A stretch of DNA of 64,000 nucleotides, taken from Candidatus Atelocyanobacterium thalassae. Lineage in GTDB: Bacteria; Cyanobacteriota; Cyanobacteriia; Cyanobacteriales; Microcystaceae. The notes below the pieces were generated by a model that was not told where the DNA came from, made no database searches, and saw only the letters and a program-made list of their open reading frames with translations. Made by a program: the position numbers and the translations under genes. The DNA is taken from positions 32,001-96,000 of the forward strand of contig JBFPLN010000004.1 of NCBI GenBank assembly GCA_051971635.1, in the 5' to 3' direction. The stretch's first letter is position 1. Each line of letters starts with the position of its first letter. Of this stretch, positions 1 through 11,354 are shown piece after piece.

Positions 1-1455
1 CAAGCTCCTATTGTTTTACTTAAACGAAAAAACAATAATATCCTAAATTGTAATATTGCACCTGAGAATCCATATTTAGGTGTCATGCTTCCTTCAACTT
101 CTTTACACTATTTATTACTAAAAGAATTGAATTTCCCGCTTATCGTAACTAGTGGAAACATTAGCGGTGAACCTATATGTATTGATGAAAAGGAAGCCAT
201 AGAGTATTTAGGATCTATTACTAATTTATTTTTAGTTCATGATTTACCGATTGTTCGTCCTATTGACGATTCTGTAGTTAGAGTTATTCAAGGGAGAAAA
301 TTACTTATAAGGTGTGCTAGAGGATATACACCTATATCTTTAATGATAAATAAACAATCATATCCTAATTATAAAAAACTTATAAAAACATCTAACGTTT
401 TGGCAGTTGGCAGCCATGCAAAAAATACTGTAGCCATATTAAAAAACAATCAGATTTTTATAAGTCAATATATTGGAGACTTAAGTACAGAAAAGACTTT
501 TGAAGCATTTAAACATACAATTAATAGTCTTAAAACTTTATATGAATTTAAACCACAAACTATAGTATGTGATAAACATCCTGATTACATATCTAGTCAT
601 TTTGCCAAAGCTCAAAAGCTGCCTTTAACAAAGGTTCAACATCACTATGCTCATGTATTATCTTGCATGTTAGACAACAAATTAAAGCCGCCAGTTTTAG
701 GAATTACATGGGATGGAACTGGGTATGGTGATGACGGTACAATTTGGGGTGGAGAATTTATATTAGTTTTAAGTAACTATTACCGAAGAATTGCTCATTT
801 CCATCCTTTTAAACTTCCAGGAGGAGATAAAGCTATGAAAGATACTAGACGTAGCGCATTAGGTCTGTTATACGAGGTATCAAACTTTGAAGATAATTTG
901 GAACTATCTTTTCTTAGAGAATTTTCAAAACAAGAACTATCTTTGTTAAAACAAATGCTATCTCTTGATATTAATACGTCTTCAACTACAAGTGTAGGTA
1001 GGCTGTTTGATGGAGTCGCAGCAATTCTAGGAATATGTTATGAGAATACTTTTGAAGGACAAAGTGGTATGTTATTAGAATACGCTACTATAAATTACAA
1101 AACTGAAGATAGTTATACTTATGTCATAACAGGAACAAAGTATCCTCAAATAATAGATTGGAAGTCGATCATACAAGAGATAGTCCAAGATGTATTCAGC
1201 AAGGTATCTTATAGAAAAATTTCAGCAAAATTCCATAATACTCTTGCTGAAATTATTGTTGATATTGCTAAAAGATCTCAGGTGAAAAATATCTTATTAA
1301 CTGGAGGATGTTTTCAGAACAAATATTTAACAGAAAGAGCAATTGCTAGATTGGAACAAGAACATTTAGTTCCTTTCTTTCATCAACATGTACCGCCTAA
1401 TGATGGAGGTATAGCTCTAGGGCAAATCATGGCAGAGGTTATGCATAAGCAGTAA
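1..1455 (+). CDS. hypF: Hydrogenase maturation carbamoyltransferase HypF (5' part lies outside the window)
   Basis: Frame is open from base 1 (QAPIVLLKRK...NIAPENPYLGVMLP). HypF motifs TSGNISGEP, DKHPDY, VQHHYAH, WDGTGYGDDGTIWGGE, SVGRLFD and PPNDGGIALGQ. Confidence 0.97.
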   Translation, partial: QAPIVLLKRKNNNILNCNIAPENPYLGVMLPSTSLHYLLLKELNFPLIVTSGNISGEPICIDEKEAIEYLGSITNLFLVHDLPIVRPIDDSVVRVIQGRKLLIRCARGYTPISLMINKQSYPNYKKLIKTSNVLAVGSHAKNTVAILKNNQIFISQYIGDLSTEKTFEAFKHTINSLKTLYEFKPQTIVCDKHPDYISSHFAKAQKLPLTKVQHHYAHVLSCMLDNKLKPPVLGITWDGTGYGDDGTIWGGEFILVLSNYYRRIAHFHPFKLPGGDKAMKDTRRSALGLLYEVSNFEDNLELSFLREFSKQELSLLKQMLSLDINTSSTTSVGRLFDGVAAILGICYENTFEGQSGMLLEYATINYKTEDSYTYVITGTKYPQIIDWKSIIQEIVQDVFSKVSYRKISAKFHNTLAEIIVDIAKRSQVKNILLTGGCFQNKYLTERAIARLEQEHLVPFFHQHVPPNDGGIALGQIMAEVMHKQ

Positions 1456-1742
1456 CATTGTTAACTTATTTAAGGTTTTTTCTTTAAGAAAGTTATATTT
1501 TTCAATAGATTATTTTGAATACAATATAAAAATATTAATAAGATCTCATAGTTTGAATTTTATAAAATATAGTTCATAAAGCAATTAAGACTTAATAAGG
1601 CTTATTTTAGTCATCTCACTTAATCAAGTTTACTATTGTAGATATTACATACGAAATAGTCTAGCAATAATATTTTTGTTAATGTTATCTTTTATACAAG
1701 ACAATGTAAACTTAGTTATTATATTAAATTTAAAGATATATT

Positions 1743-2138
1743 ATGGAATTAGTGTTTCCTGAAGATTTAAGGTTTTTAGACTCTCATGAATATGTCCGTT
1801 TAGATGGAAAAAATGCCATTATCGGAATTAGTGCCTATGCTATTGAACAATTGGGAGACGTAGTATTTTTAGAATTACCTAATATAGGAGATACTATACA
1901 AGCTGGAGAAAGTTTTGGTTCGATTGAATCAGTAAAAGCTGCTGAAGATCTCTACCCTCCAATTTCAGGGATCATCATAGATCGTAATGAAAGGATAATT
2001 GAAAATCCAGATAAGATCATCGATGATCCTTATGGAGATGGATGGTTACTAAAAATACAAACTGAAAATTCTAACAAAGAACTAGAAAATACTCTGTCAG
2101 AGAAAGAGTATAGACATATGTTAAATCAGTATGCTTAA
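1743..2138 (+). CDS. gcvH: Glycine cleavage system H protein (lipoyl carrier)
   Basis: SHEYVR, LGDVVFLELP, lipoyl-lysine motif IESVKA, DPYGDGWL. Confidence 0.96.
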   Translation: MELVFPEDLRFLDSHEYVRLDGKNAIIGISAYAIEQLGDVVFLELPNIGDTIQAGESFGSIESVKAAEDLYPPISGIIIDRNERIIENPDKIIDDPYGDGWLLKIQTENSNKELENTLSEKEYRHMLNQYA

Positions 2139-2180
2139 ACAATTGAAAAGATCTAATTATTAATTAAATATCTCAAAAAG

Positions 2181-3383
2181 TTAAACTTTACATTTTTTTG
2201 CTTGAAAAATACGTTTCACTACTGCTTCAACAACTTTATCAGGGGTTGAAGCTCCAGAGGTAACCCCAATAGTTAAAGGTGTATTAGGAAGCCAATTATC
2301 CTGAACTACTAGGTCTTGTGTTAATGGTTTATGTTCAATTCTATTTCCTAGAAGAATACGTTTTTCACTATCTATATGGTAGGAAGGAATTCCTTTTTCT
2401 ATAGCGATTTCTTGTAAATGTGTTGTATTTGATGAATTAAAGCCTCCAATAACTACCATCAAAGAAATATTTTCTTCTACTAGATTTAACATGGCATCCT
2501 GACGTTCTTGAGTCGCATCACATATTGTATTAAAACTCATAAAATGCTTATCTAACTCAATTGGACCATATTTTTTCAATATAGCCATTTCAAACATCTT
2601 TCCGATTTGTTCTGTTTCACTTTTGAGCATAGTTGTTTGATTAGCTATACCTAGCTTGATCAAATCTTTATCTGGATCAAAATCTTTTGAACAAGCATTT
2701 TGAAATTTTTCTAAGAATATTTTTTTATCTCCCCCATTCAGCATATATTCGCAAACATAAGCTGCTTCCTCAAGATTTAATACAACTAAATAGGTTTCGG
2801 CAAAAGAACTAGTAGCGACAGTTTCTTCATGTTTGTATTTTCCATGAATGATAGATGTATATTTTTTTTTCTTATGTTTCTCAACTGAATTCCAAACCTT
2901 GGAAACCCATGGACAAGTTGTATCAATAATAGTGCACCCTATATCGTTCAAGAATTGCATCTCAGTAACACTTGCACCAAAGGCAGGTAATATAACGACA
3001 TCTCCTTGCTTTACAACAGAAAAATCTTTATTTTCACCAACAATTTTAATAAATCCAACGTTCATTTCTAACAAACGTTGATTAACTGAAGGATTGTGAA
3101 TAATTTCATTAGTAATCCATATTTGTTTATCTGAAAAATGCTGACGAGTCTCATATGCCATTGCTACTGCCCGTTCAACTCCCCAGCAAAAACCAAAAGC
3201 TTCTGCTAAATGAATAGTTATATCGCCTTGTTGCCACCGGTAGTTATTATTACGAATTTTTTGAATTAAAGAACTTTGATATTCTGTATTCATCACGCCC
3301 ATAACTTCAGCCTCATGTCCAAAACCCTTGCGATGATAATGTATAGACTGTTGTAGAGATCTTTTAAAAGCTTTTGTATCCAT
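2181..3383 (-). CDS. ispH: 4-hydroxy-3-methylbut-2-enyl diphosphate reductase (IspH/LytB)
   Basis: [32 protein letters not shown] and [10 protein letters not shown] motifs, with the cyanobacterial N-terminal extension. Confidence 0.98.
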   Translation of the reverse strand: MDTKAFKRSLQQSIHYHRKGFGHEAEVMGVMNTEYQSSLIQKIRNNNYRWQQGDITIHLAEAFGFCWGVERAVAMAYETRQHFSDKQIWITNEIIHNPSVNQRLLEMNVGFIKIVGENKDFSVVKQGDVVILPAFGASVTEMQFLNDIGCTIIDTTCPWVSKVWNSVEKHKKKKYTSIIHGKYKHEETVATSSFAETYLVVLNLEEAAYVCEYMLNGGDKKIFLEKFQNACSKDFDPDKDLIKLGIANQTTMLKSETEQIGKMFEMAILKKYGPIELDKHFMSFNTICDATQERQDAMLNLVEENISLMVVIGGFNSSNTTHLQEIAIEKGIPSYHIDSEKRILLGNRIEHKPLTQDLVVQDNWLPNTPLTIGVTSGASTPDKVVEAVVKRIFQAKKCKV

Positions 3384-3812
3384 GATATCGTAAGACTAAA
3401 TTTATGATTGGTACTAATTATCAATCATCTTTTATAAATGATCAAATTTGTTCAAGAAACTAATTGAAATTATACTAGATTGCGATAGAAATTTAACTAT
3501 AAGGACTGTTATTTAAAATAATTTATTTAAATTATATAATTGATGAATTTAATTTATTTTTTATGAAAACTTTAATCTATGATTCAAATACTACTTAATT
3601 ATATTAGTTAATAGAAAATAAACTCTTGTAACAGTTAGTTGAAATTTTATAGATATTTCTAAATTCAGGAAATCATCGCAAACAATAAATTATATTGAAT
3701 TATTCTTCCAAATATAAGAAATATAAATACTTTCAAGTATAGAAACTACATTTTAGTTTAATTTATGTATATTTTCTAACTCATAGCTGTCATTCAGATA
3801 TTCTTTTTTGAT

Positions 3813-4145
3813 ATGGTAAATGTTAAGTACAATATTGATCTTTTTATGAATAACCCTTTAAAAGAATCCTCTTCAAAAGAAGTTAGTCCTTTAAACTGTC
3901 TTATCGGATCATTTTTAGCTGGAATATTAGGCTATGGACTCTATAATTTAACTAGTTCGATTGTCCATTCTTTTTATGCGAAGCCTTTGATTTCTTCCAA
4001 TCTTCTAATCATAAAATTGGGAACTTTAGTAAGGACTTTAGTTATGGGTGTTGCTTCATTAGCAACTTTTATATGTTTTTTTATAGCCTTAGGATTAATT
4101 TTGTTGGCTTGTCAATTATTTTGGAATAAGATTAATCGTACTTAG
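3813..4145 (+). CDS. DUF3082-like small membrane protein
   Basis: PLNCLIGS...VRTLVMGVASLATFI pattern with two hydrophobic helices. True start may be the ATG at 3846. Overlaps the convergent gene by 14 bp. Confidence 0.7.
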   Translation: MVNVKYNIDLFMNNPLKESSSKEVSPLNCLIGSFLAGILGYGLYNLTSSIVHSFYAKPLISSNLLIIKLGTLVRTLVMGVASLATFICFFIALGLILLACQLFWNKINRT

Positions 4146-4947
4146 TTGAAGAATTTTTTATAATACTTTTATTTATTTGATTAAATCTATAAGTTATTGT
4201 TTTATTTTCTCTTAGCCTACCTAATCGTATAAGCTTCTGATGTTTAAGTCCTACCAAGAGTAACCCTGCATTATCTGTTTTAAGAATGATACTTTCTTTA
4301 CCTTTCCATATCTTCTCTGTTTTTTCGTTGAAAATTCCATCAAACTTTATATGATTATCGACTATTACTTTTAGTGTTGATCCTCCTTTACTACTAACTT
4401 TTACCACTATGTTGTTTGTATCTACTCTAGAAGATATTGAATTTATATTAACTTTATCTGATATGTTATTATATGTTTTCTCTAAAAAAAAATTTTCAAA
4501 TACAGTCAAAATAGTATTAATTGAAAAATAAACGGCAAATATATAAAAAAAGTAACGGTTTAAAGATGTAGATAAAATAGAAAAAAAATGTGAATCAAGA
4601 GTAGACTTGTACTTAGTATTATTTAGCGAATTAACTGATAAACCTTCAGCTAATTTTTGTCCATCTAGACTTAAGAAATTACCAACTTTTTTTATTAGAC
4701 ATTTTGTATAAATTATTTCTGGTAATTTCTTTACATGACCATTTTCAAGAGCGTCTAAAACATATGTTGGAATACGTGTTTTTTGTGAAATAGAAATAAG
4801 TGTTAAACCTTTCTTCTTCCGAGCATAAAATAGTTGATTACCAATTTCTTTTAAGACATCTTCTTGTATTTTATTTTTTTTCATTAGGAGAAGAGTAGAA
4901 TGTTTAGATTGACTGAAACTGTCTATTTTAATATGTAATAAGATCAC
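4132..4947 (-). CDS. rodZ: RodZ-like protein (HTH + transmembrane helix + DUF4115), divergent
   Basis: N-terminal HTH (IGNQLFYARKKKGLTL...TRIP...LDALENG...LPE), a hydrophobic stretch, and C-terminal W.GKESIILKTDNAG. Start may be the ATG at 4884. Confidence 0.7.
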   Translation of the reverse strand: MILLHIKIDSFSQSKHSTLLLMKKNKIQEDVLKEIGNQLFYARKKKGLTLISISQKTRIPTYVLDALENGHVKKLPEIIYTKCLIKKVGNFLSLDGQKLAEGLSVNSLNNTKYKSTLDSHFFSILSTSLNRYFFYIFAVYFSINTILTVFENFFLEKTYNNISDKVNINSISSRVDTNNIVVKVSSKGGSTLKVIVDNHIKFDGIFNEKTEKIWKGKESIILKTDNAGLLLVGLKHQKLIRLGRLRENKTITYRFNQINKSIIKNSSTKYD

Positions 4948-4978
4948 ATAATCTTTTCTATTTTGTCATATCCATTAA

Positions 4979-5752
4979 TTAATATTTTCTTATATTATTA
5001 TGAAATAATTTTGTTAGATACTTTAAAGTATTGACTTCCGACGAGTCTAGTAAGCGATAGCTTCCAACACTCAGATTACTAACTTTAGAAGTTGATAAAG
5101 ATATCGGCCCAATGGCAATACGATGTAAATCCATAACATCTAGTCCAAATTGCTGTGCAATACGGCGAATATGTCTATTTCTACCTTCTGTTAAAATGAT
5201 TTTTAGACTCGTATACTGCTTGTCCTGACTAAGGATTTCTATATAAGCAGGTAATGTTTTTTTTCTGTCTAGAATAACACCTCGGCGCCAATTTTTTAGT
5301 ACTGTTTGTGTAAACTTTCCTCGCACTAAAACTTGATATTTTTTAGGTAAATGGTACCTCGGATGAGTTAATTTTAAGGTTAGGTTTCCATCATTTGTTA
5401 ATAATAAAGCCCCAGAAGAATTCATATCAAGTCTTCCAACAGGATGTATACCTTTCTCTCTTCTCAGGTTATCAGAAAGTAGATCCATCACAATAGGACG
5501 GTTTTGAGAATCACTACAAGAGCAAATGATTCCAACAGGTTTGTTTACTAATATATAAACCTGTTGTGGCTTCTTGCTAAATTCAATTACTTTTCCATCC
5601 AATTCTAAAATATCCTGAAGAGGATCTGCCTTATCTCCCAAGACTGCAACTCGTCCATTTAATTTTAGTCTCTCTTCTAATATTAAGATCTCTGAGTGAC
5701 GCCTAGAAGCAATTCCCCATTGAGATAAGATTTTCTGTATTCGCTTTTCCAC
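4979..5752 (-). CDS. RsuA/RluB-family rRNA pseudouridine synthase
   Basis: S4 domain (RIQKILSQWGIASRR), NKPVG, catalytic VGRLD, LTEGRNRHIRR. GTG start. Confidence 0.95.
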   Translation of the reverse strand: MEKRIQKILSQWGIASRRHSEILILEERLKLNGRVAVLGDKADPLQDILELDGKVIEFSKKPQQVYILVNKPVGIICSCSDSQNRPIVMDLLSDNLRREKGIHPVGRLDMNSSGALLLTNDGNLTLKLTHPRYHLPKKYQVLVRGKFTQTVLKNWRRGVILDRKKTLPAYIEILSQDKQYTSLKIILTEGRNRHIRRIAQQFGLDVMDLHRIAIGPISLSTSKVSNLSVGSYRLLDSSEVNTLKYLTKLFHNNIRKY

Positions 5753-5966
5753 TTATATCAGGCCTCAAAATATTAACAAATCTTCCTAATTTCAGGATCG
5801 CACATATTGTACTATCAACAAGTTATAAATTAATTTTATCTAGCTTCATCAAAATTTGTGGGTTAACAACTAATATAGTACAGTGCATGACATTTTAGAG
5901 TGAGGATTTGAAATATAAACTTATATTTTATTTCTTAAGTTTCGATTTATATATTACAAATCAAAT

Positions 5967-7784
5967 CTATAAGATTTGTTTTAATTTATTGGCTAATGTT
6001 GTTCTTTTAACACGAATTAACTTATATACACTTTCTTGTTGAATTAATGTATATTCTGGTTTTGCTAAATGTAATTTGTCTAGATATTTTTTTTCACTAA
6101 TTATTAATATATTTTCTTGACTATTCATCTCTTGAAAATATTTCATAGCGAATCCATTATCAATGTCTGACTCTGTTATTGAATCAACAACATCTTGTGT
6201 ATAAAATACTAAGCTCGGACGCATAAAGCCTAAAAAAACTAGTCTTTCATTCGCTTCTTTTTCAATTTTTACAAAGTTAGCGATTTCTCTTAATGGTAAA
6301 TGTCTTTGACTATCAATAATTTGTGCAACTGGTAAACAAATCCAAGAGAAAAAACCTAAGAATCCTAACAAATTAGCAACCCACAACCAAGAACGATAAT
6401 TATGAATCCATATCAAGAATAGAGCAAAAAAAGAACTAAGTGACCAAATTATTCCCCCTTTTATTAATAAATGAGATCTTAGTAAGAAATTTTCCAATTC
6501 AGGCATTGCAGGATCGTTGCCGATAAAATGATGGCTATAGAAAATGGCTACAGCAAACCCAATCAAGATACCAATATTAGCAATGCAACTTATTAAAAAC
6601 AGAAAGGGCCATATTCTTGAAGATTGTCTATTACCATTGATCCTGTTACTCCAAAATAATGTTACTATGATTGCCAAAGCAGGAATAGAAGGCAAAATAT
6701 AACTCACTAATTTTGTTGCAGAGACAGAAAAAAACAAGAAAATTATAGAGAACCAACATAAAGAAAATATTCCCAAGTGACTACTACGAGAAGAATTCAT
6801 CAACTCACTTCTTTTCCAAAATTTTAGCTCAGTTAGTGCAAGAGGAAAATAAACAGACCAAGGTAACAAACCTATAAGAATAACAATCACGTAATAATAC
6901 CAAGCTCCGGGATGACGGCTTACTACATTGGTAAATCTCTGAACATTATGTAATCCAAAAAAAGTATTAATATACTCTCTGCCGTGAGTCATGGTAACTA
7001 GAGCAAACCAAGGAGTGGAAATTATTGAAAAACTTAACAACCCGGATATCCAAGGAACTTCTTTAATAACTGGAATAAGTTGATTTACATATATTAAAAA
7101 GACAGAAACAATAATGCCAGGTAGAACTAGAGCAACAGGACCTTTTGCAAGAACGCCTAGAGACATAAAAACCCAATACCCGAGATACCACCATTCTTTA
7201 GTAGACAATCCTAAGTAAGTAAGAGAAGTTTTTCGTGGCTGTACATAACCTAAAAAAAAAGAAAATAAAGCCAGAGATATACTACTTGCCAAGAAAATAT
7301 CAGATACACTTGTTCGTCCCCAAGCTATCCAAAAAGGATTTAAAGCTATAATACCCGAACCAATATATGCAGAAAACCATGATTTTTTAGAAGAGAAAAG
7401 ACCCTTTTGTAAACTGACATCTCCAAAATTTTTTAAAGTATAAAAAACTAGTATTATTACTAAAATTGCTGCTAACGCAGAGGGAATTCTAGCTCCCCAT
7501 TCATTAATACCAAATACTTTATATGACAATCCAATAAGCCAATAAGTTAAAGGTGGTTTGTCAAAACGTACTTCTTGATTCCAATATGGCGTAATCCAAT
7601 CTCCTGTAACTACCATTTGCCGAGCAGCCTCTGCAAACATTGGTTCCGTTTTATCTAATAGACCGATACTTCCTAATTCTGAAAAAAAAGCAATAGAGCT
7701 AACTAGAGATAACCATAGAACTGAAAATAACCAGAGTGTTTTTTTATCCTTCTTCCAAGCGCCGACAATTTTATTCTCAAACAT
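5967..7784 (-). CDS. ArnT/PMT-family (GT39/GT83-like) membrane glycosyltransferase
   Basis: DKTEPMFAEAARQM, GDWITP, RFDKPPLTYW, EWGARIPSA, LAKGPVALVLP, TKLVSYILP; many TM helices. Confidence 0.9.
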   Translation of the reverse strand: MFENKIVGAWKKDKKTLWLFSVLWLSLVSSIAFFSELGSIGLLDKTEPMFAEAARQMVVTGDWITPYWNQEVRFDKPPLTYWLIGLSYKVFGINEWGARIPSALAAILVIILVFYTLKNFGDVSLQKGLFSSKKSWFSAYIGSGIIALNPFWIAWGRTSVSDIFLASSISLALFSFFLGYVQPRKTSLTYLGLSTKEWWYLGYWVFMSLGVLAKGPVALVLPGIIVSVFLIYVNQLIPVIKEVPWISGLLSFSIISTPWFALVTMTHGREYINTFFGLHNVQRFTNVVSRHPGAWYYYVIVILIGLLPWSVYFPLALTELKFWKRSELMNSSRSSHLGIFSLCWFSIIFLFFSVSATKLVSYILPSIPALAIIVTLFWSNRINGNRQSSRIWPFLFLISCIANIGILIGFAVAIFYSHHFIGNDPAMPELENFLLRSHLLIKGGIIWSLSSFFALFLIWIHNYRSWLWVANLLGFLGFFSWICLPVAQIIDSQRHLPLREIANFVKIEKEANERLVFLGFMRPSLVFYTQDVVDSITESDIDNGFAMKYFQEMNSQENILIISEKKYLDKLHLAKPEYTLIQQESVYKLIRVKRTTLANKLKQIL

Positions 7785-7830
7785 TGATAATTTTATTATA
7801 TTTATTAAAGTTATTTTTTATTTTTTTACA

Positions 7831-8478
7831 TCAAGAATCAAGGTACTTATTATTAATGAATTTTAATAAATTAACGCAAAACAAAAAACCCATACAAGCA
7901 ATAATGGTACCTGCTAGTAAATCTGTATACCAATGAATATTTAAGTAAATACTTGACCATCCTATTGTCATAACAAAGAAAATAGAGATGGTGTAGGAAA
8001 GAGTTTTCCATTTTGGGAAATAAAAACCCATTAAATAAGAGAAATATAAATATAGCATTAAATTTCCAGATATGTGTCCACTTGGATAACTTTTCCCATG
8101 AACATCAATAAGACCTGGAATTGGGCGAATGCGTCCAAACCATGGTTTCAGAATTTTATCAATTACTAACAAAATCCCCATAGTTGAAATAGCTAATACT
8201 TGAGCCTCTTTCCAATAAAGTTTCCAACATAAATATCCTAAACTCAATATAACAATACAAGCTGCAACTTCAGATTCTCCTAAAAAATAAAATATTTTAG
8301 CTATTTTAGTTAAGATGGGATATTGATAAGAATGAATCCACCGTACCATATTTAAATCGGCAGTATTCAACTTACCTGAGATGACTATTTTACTTAGTCC
8401 AGTAAATAATATTAAAATAATGGGTAATGTAGCAAAAGTTTTATCAATTTTATTCGATAAATATTTTTTCAGTTTCAT
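7831..8478 (-). CDS. PAP2-family membrane phosphatase
   Basis: K...RIRP, SYPSGH and IYLNIHWYTD motifs. Start placed at the second Met (ORF track extends to 8523). Confidence 0.88.
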   Translation of the reverse strand: MKLKKYLSNKIDKTFATLPIILILFTGLSKIVISGKLNTADLNMVRWIHSYQYPILTKIAKIFYFLGESEVAACIVILSLGYLCWKLYWKEAQVLAISTMGILLVIDKILKPWFGRIRPIPGLIDVHGKSYPSGHISGNLMLYLYFSYLMGFYFPKWKTLSYTISIFFVMTIGWSSIYLNIHWYTDLLAGTIIACMGFLFCVNLLKFINNKYLDS

Positions 8479-8806
8479 ACTATTAAAGTAAATTAAATAG
8501 TAGGTATTGCCGTATGATAGCATTTAAGGTCAAATCTAGCTAAAATCATCATTATTTAATGAATTGCAATCAAATTTAAGTTTTTCAGCTATTATTAAAT
8601 ACTTAAAAAATACTATAAGAATTTTATACAAGAAATATATAAAGATTAATGAGTAAAACTTACTTAAATATTCAGAAACTTAACTTTTAATATCAACTAT
8701 ACAATAGTTCATGTTTTTTTTAAAACAACAAAAATTTTATAAGTAATAATTCTATATAGCTATGATGAATTTTATAAGAACTTTAATAAAGATATAATTT
8801 TATTTT

Positions 8807-10225
8807 TTATTCTACATATTTCAATTTACTTCTCAAAGTACATTGTATATTATGAAAAATTGATTGCGACGTCAACGATGTTAAAATATTTTTTATTACT
8901 TTCTTGGGCCTTTCAGGTCCCCATATAGCTCCATTAATCAAATAGCTTTTTGTGAATTTCCCTATCATATAGCAAGTAAATCCTGCAATAAAACCTTGTA
9001 TTATTCTGGTAAATAAATAAAAAAACATAGATTTTCCTGATAGAAAATAAAAATTCTCGCTAGGAATTTCTTCTAGCGAATTGCATATAAATGATATAAA
9101 AAATTCACTAATACTAATACTAATCATACTAATACCAAGCTTTCTAATAAGACTAATTACTCCTTTTTGAGTTATTGAGATCTGGTATAAATCAGATAAA
9201 GCTAATATCATTACCATATCAACAAAAGTTCCTAAGATTAAACCTGCAATAATCATAGGATTAAAGACAATAACTATAAATTTTAATATTGAAGCTTTCT
9301 GAATAATAAGTTTAGCTCGTTTATCATAAATCTTAAATTTATATAGTGTGGCTTGCTGGTTAAATTTGTCAGCTAACAACATAGAATTAAAAGCTATTAA
9401 CGATTGACCTTCTTTGTCTAACAAATTTAGAATTTTTAATTTTAGTTTTTCAATTTGCGGCTTACCTTTTAAATATTGAAGCTCCCAATGACCTTGTGTG
9501 CTCTTCACTAATTTTGAAATAAGTGGAGATGCTGCAACTGCTACAATTTCGTTGTAAGTAAATAGCTTTCCAATACGTTCATTACATATTTTTTGATGTA
9601 TTTCTAAACGATCTATTTTTGAATATTGGTCTATTTTATTGAAAACTATGATAATTGGTTTTCCTAAATCTTGCAGTTTATGCAAGGCTTCAAATTCTTT
9701 TTGGCTTATGTCTTCTGTGATAGCGAATAGTACCAAATCGGCCTTTGTAGCTATTTTATAAGCTGTTATTTCTTGATTCTTACCGTCTATTTCATCCAGT
9801 CCAGGAGTATCAATTAGCTGTATTCTATGATATTTATGTTCTGATAAATGGTTTAAACTGCTACTTTTTAGTAATTTCCAATTAGCAGTTCTAATAGTTC
9901 TGGTAACTCCATGAAGCGCTCCTGTTTTAAAGACTTCCTCTTGCAAGAGACTATTGAGGATAGATGATTTACCTTTTCCTACCATACCAAAAATAACAAT
10001 TCGTACAACAGATTTTTCCAATCTTACTAATGTCTGTCTTAAAGATCTTAGTTCTGTTTCTAATACTTTTGCATCCTGAATTGATGTAGAAAAATAATTA
10101 ACAAGATTTTCTAAAGTTTTTTTCGCTTGTGTATAGTTTGAGTCTTCTCTTGTTTTTATTACACTTGATAGATCTTTATATAAATTCTTATAATAAAATT
10201 TATCCTTTAAATTTAGTTGAAGCAT
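8807..10225 (-). CDS. Era/YcjF-like GTP-binding protein with C-terminal DUF697
   Basis: GMVGKGKSS, LIDTPGLDE, FNKID; C-terminal YLINGAIWGPERPK. Confidence 0.85.
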   Translation of the reverse strand: MLQLNLKDKFYYKNLYKDLSSVIKTREDSNYTQAKKTLENLVNYFSTSIQDAKVLETELRSLRQTLVRLEKSVVRIVIFGMVGKGKSSILNSLLQEEVFKTGALHGVTRTIRTANWKLLKSSSLNHLSEHKYHRIQLIDTPGLDEIDGKNQEITAYKIATKADLVLFAITEDISQKEFEALHKLQDLGKPIIIVFNKIDQYSKIDRLEIHQKICNERIGKLFTYNEIVAVAASPLISKLVKSTQGHWELQYLKGKPQIEKLKLKILNLLDKEGQSLIAFNSMLLADKFNQQATLYKFKIYDKRAKLIIQKASILKFIVIVFNPMIIAGLILGTFVDMVMILALSDLYQISITQKGVISLIRKLGISMISISISEFFISFICNSLEEIPSENFYFLSGKSMFFYLFTRIIQGFIAGFTCYMIGKFTKSYLINGAIWGPERPKKVIKNILTSLTSQSIFHNIQCTLRSKLKYVE

Positions 10226-10376
10226 TTTTTTAGATCTATACTATTTATACTAAATCCAATCTTCAGTAATTCATTAAGTAAAATTTAATGATAGAGTCAG
10301 CTTTTTAAAGTATACCAAAAACTCAGATGGTTGTTTCAAAACTTTCTAGTACTTACCACCTACTTCTAAATGATTA

Positions 10377-11354
10377 ATGATTTCAGATATTAAAAAAAAT
10401 AAGGACGACCATTCTGTTGATCTAGAAACAGTTTTAAAAAATACGTGGATATTCAAACCTGCTCCCGTTGTTAAATGGGCTGGTGGAAAAAGACAATTAT
10501 TAAATAAATTAAGAGATAGATATCCTGATAGATTGAAGAAAGGACTAATAACAACTTACTTAGAACCTTTTTGTGGTGGTGCAGCAGTCTTTTTTGATAT
10601 TTATTCTTCTTACACAATTAAGAAAGCTTATCTTTTTGATAAAAATATAGAATTAATCATATTATATAAAGTTATACAGCACGATGTTTACAAATTAATT
10701 GATAGGCTATATGAACTAGAAGATAAATATTTAAATTTATCTCCAAATGAAAAAAGCGAATTCTATTATAAGATTAGAAATCTATACAATAATTTCGATA
10801 AGAATGTTGATTCTGATATTTATAGGACAGAATGGGTAGAAAGAGCTGGTTACACTATTTTTCTCAATAAAACATGTTTCAACGGCTTATATAGAGTTAA
10901 TCGTAAAGAAGAATTTAATGTTCCAATAGGTACTTATAAAAATCCGAAAATTTTTTGTGAAAAAAATTTAATTGAAGTTAACAAAGCATTTGAGATTGCA
11001 GAAATTAGGCATAATGATTTTTCTAAAATTCTTGAATATGCAAATAAATCTACTTTTATTTATTACGATCCGCCTTATCGTCCTATTAGTAAGAAAGGTA
11101 ATTTTAAGTCTTATACTTCCTTAAAGTTTGATGATGATGAACAACGACGCTTGCAAAATATATTTGTAAAAGCTTCAAAACTAGATGCACTACAAATGTT
11201 AAGTAATTCAGATCCTAAAAATTATACAGATGATTCTTTTTTCGATGAATTGTATAAAGAATTCAACATTAGTAGATCTTTAGCCTTAAGAAGGATAAAT
11301 TCTAAGGGTAACAATAGATGTAGTGTGAGCGAAATTATTATAACTAATTATTAA
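10377..11354 (+). CDS. dam: Dam/DpnM-family (D12 class) DNA adenine methyltransferase, no adjacent endonuclease
   Basis: KWAGGK, YLEPFCGGAAV (SAM binding), FLNKTCFNGLYRVN..FNVP, catalytic DPPY, LSNS. Confidence 0.93.
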   Translation: MISDIKKNKDDHSVDLETVLKNTWIFKPAPVVKWAGGKRQLLNKLRDRYPDRLKKGLITTYLEPFCGGAAVFFDIYSSYTIKKAYLFDKNIELIILYKVIQHDVYKLIDRLYELEDKYLNLSPNEKSEFYYKIRNLYNNFDKNVDSDIYRTEWVERAGYTIFLNKTCFNGLYRVNRKEEFNVPIGTYKNPKIFCEKNLIEVNKAFEIAEIRHNDFSKILEYANKSTFIYYDPPYRPISKKGNFKSYTSLKFDDDEQRRLQNIFVKASKLDALQMLSNSDPKNYTDDSFFDELYKEFNISRSLALRRINSKGNNRCSVSEIIITNY

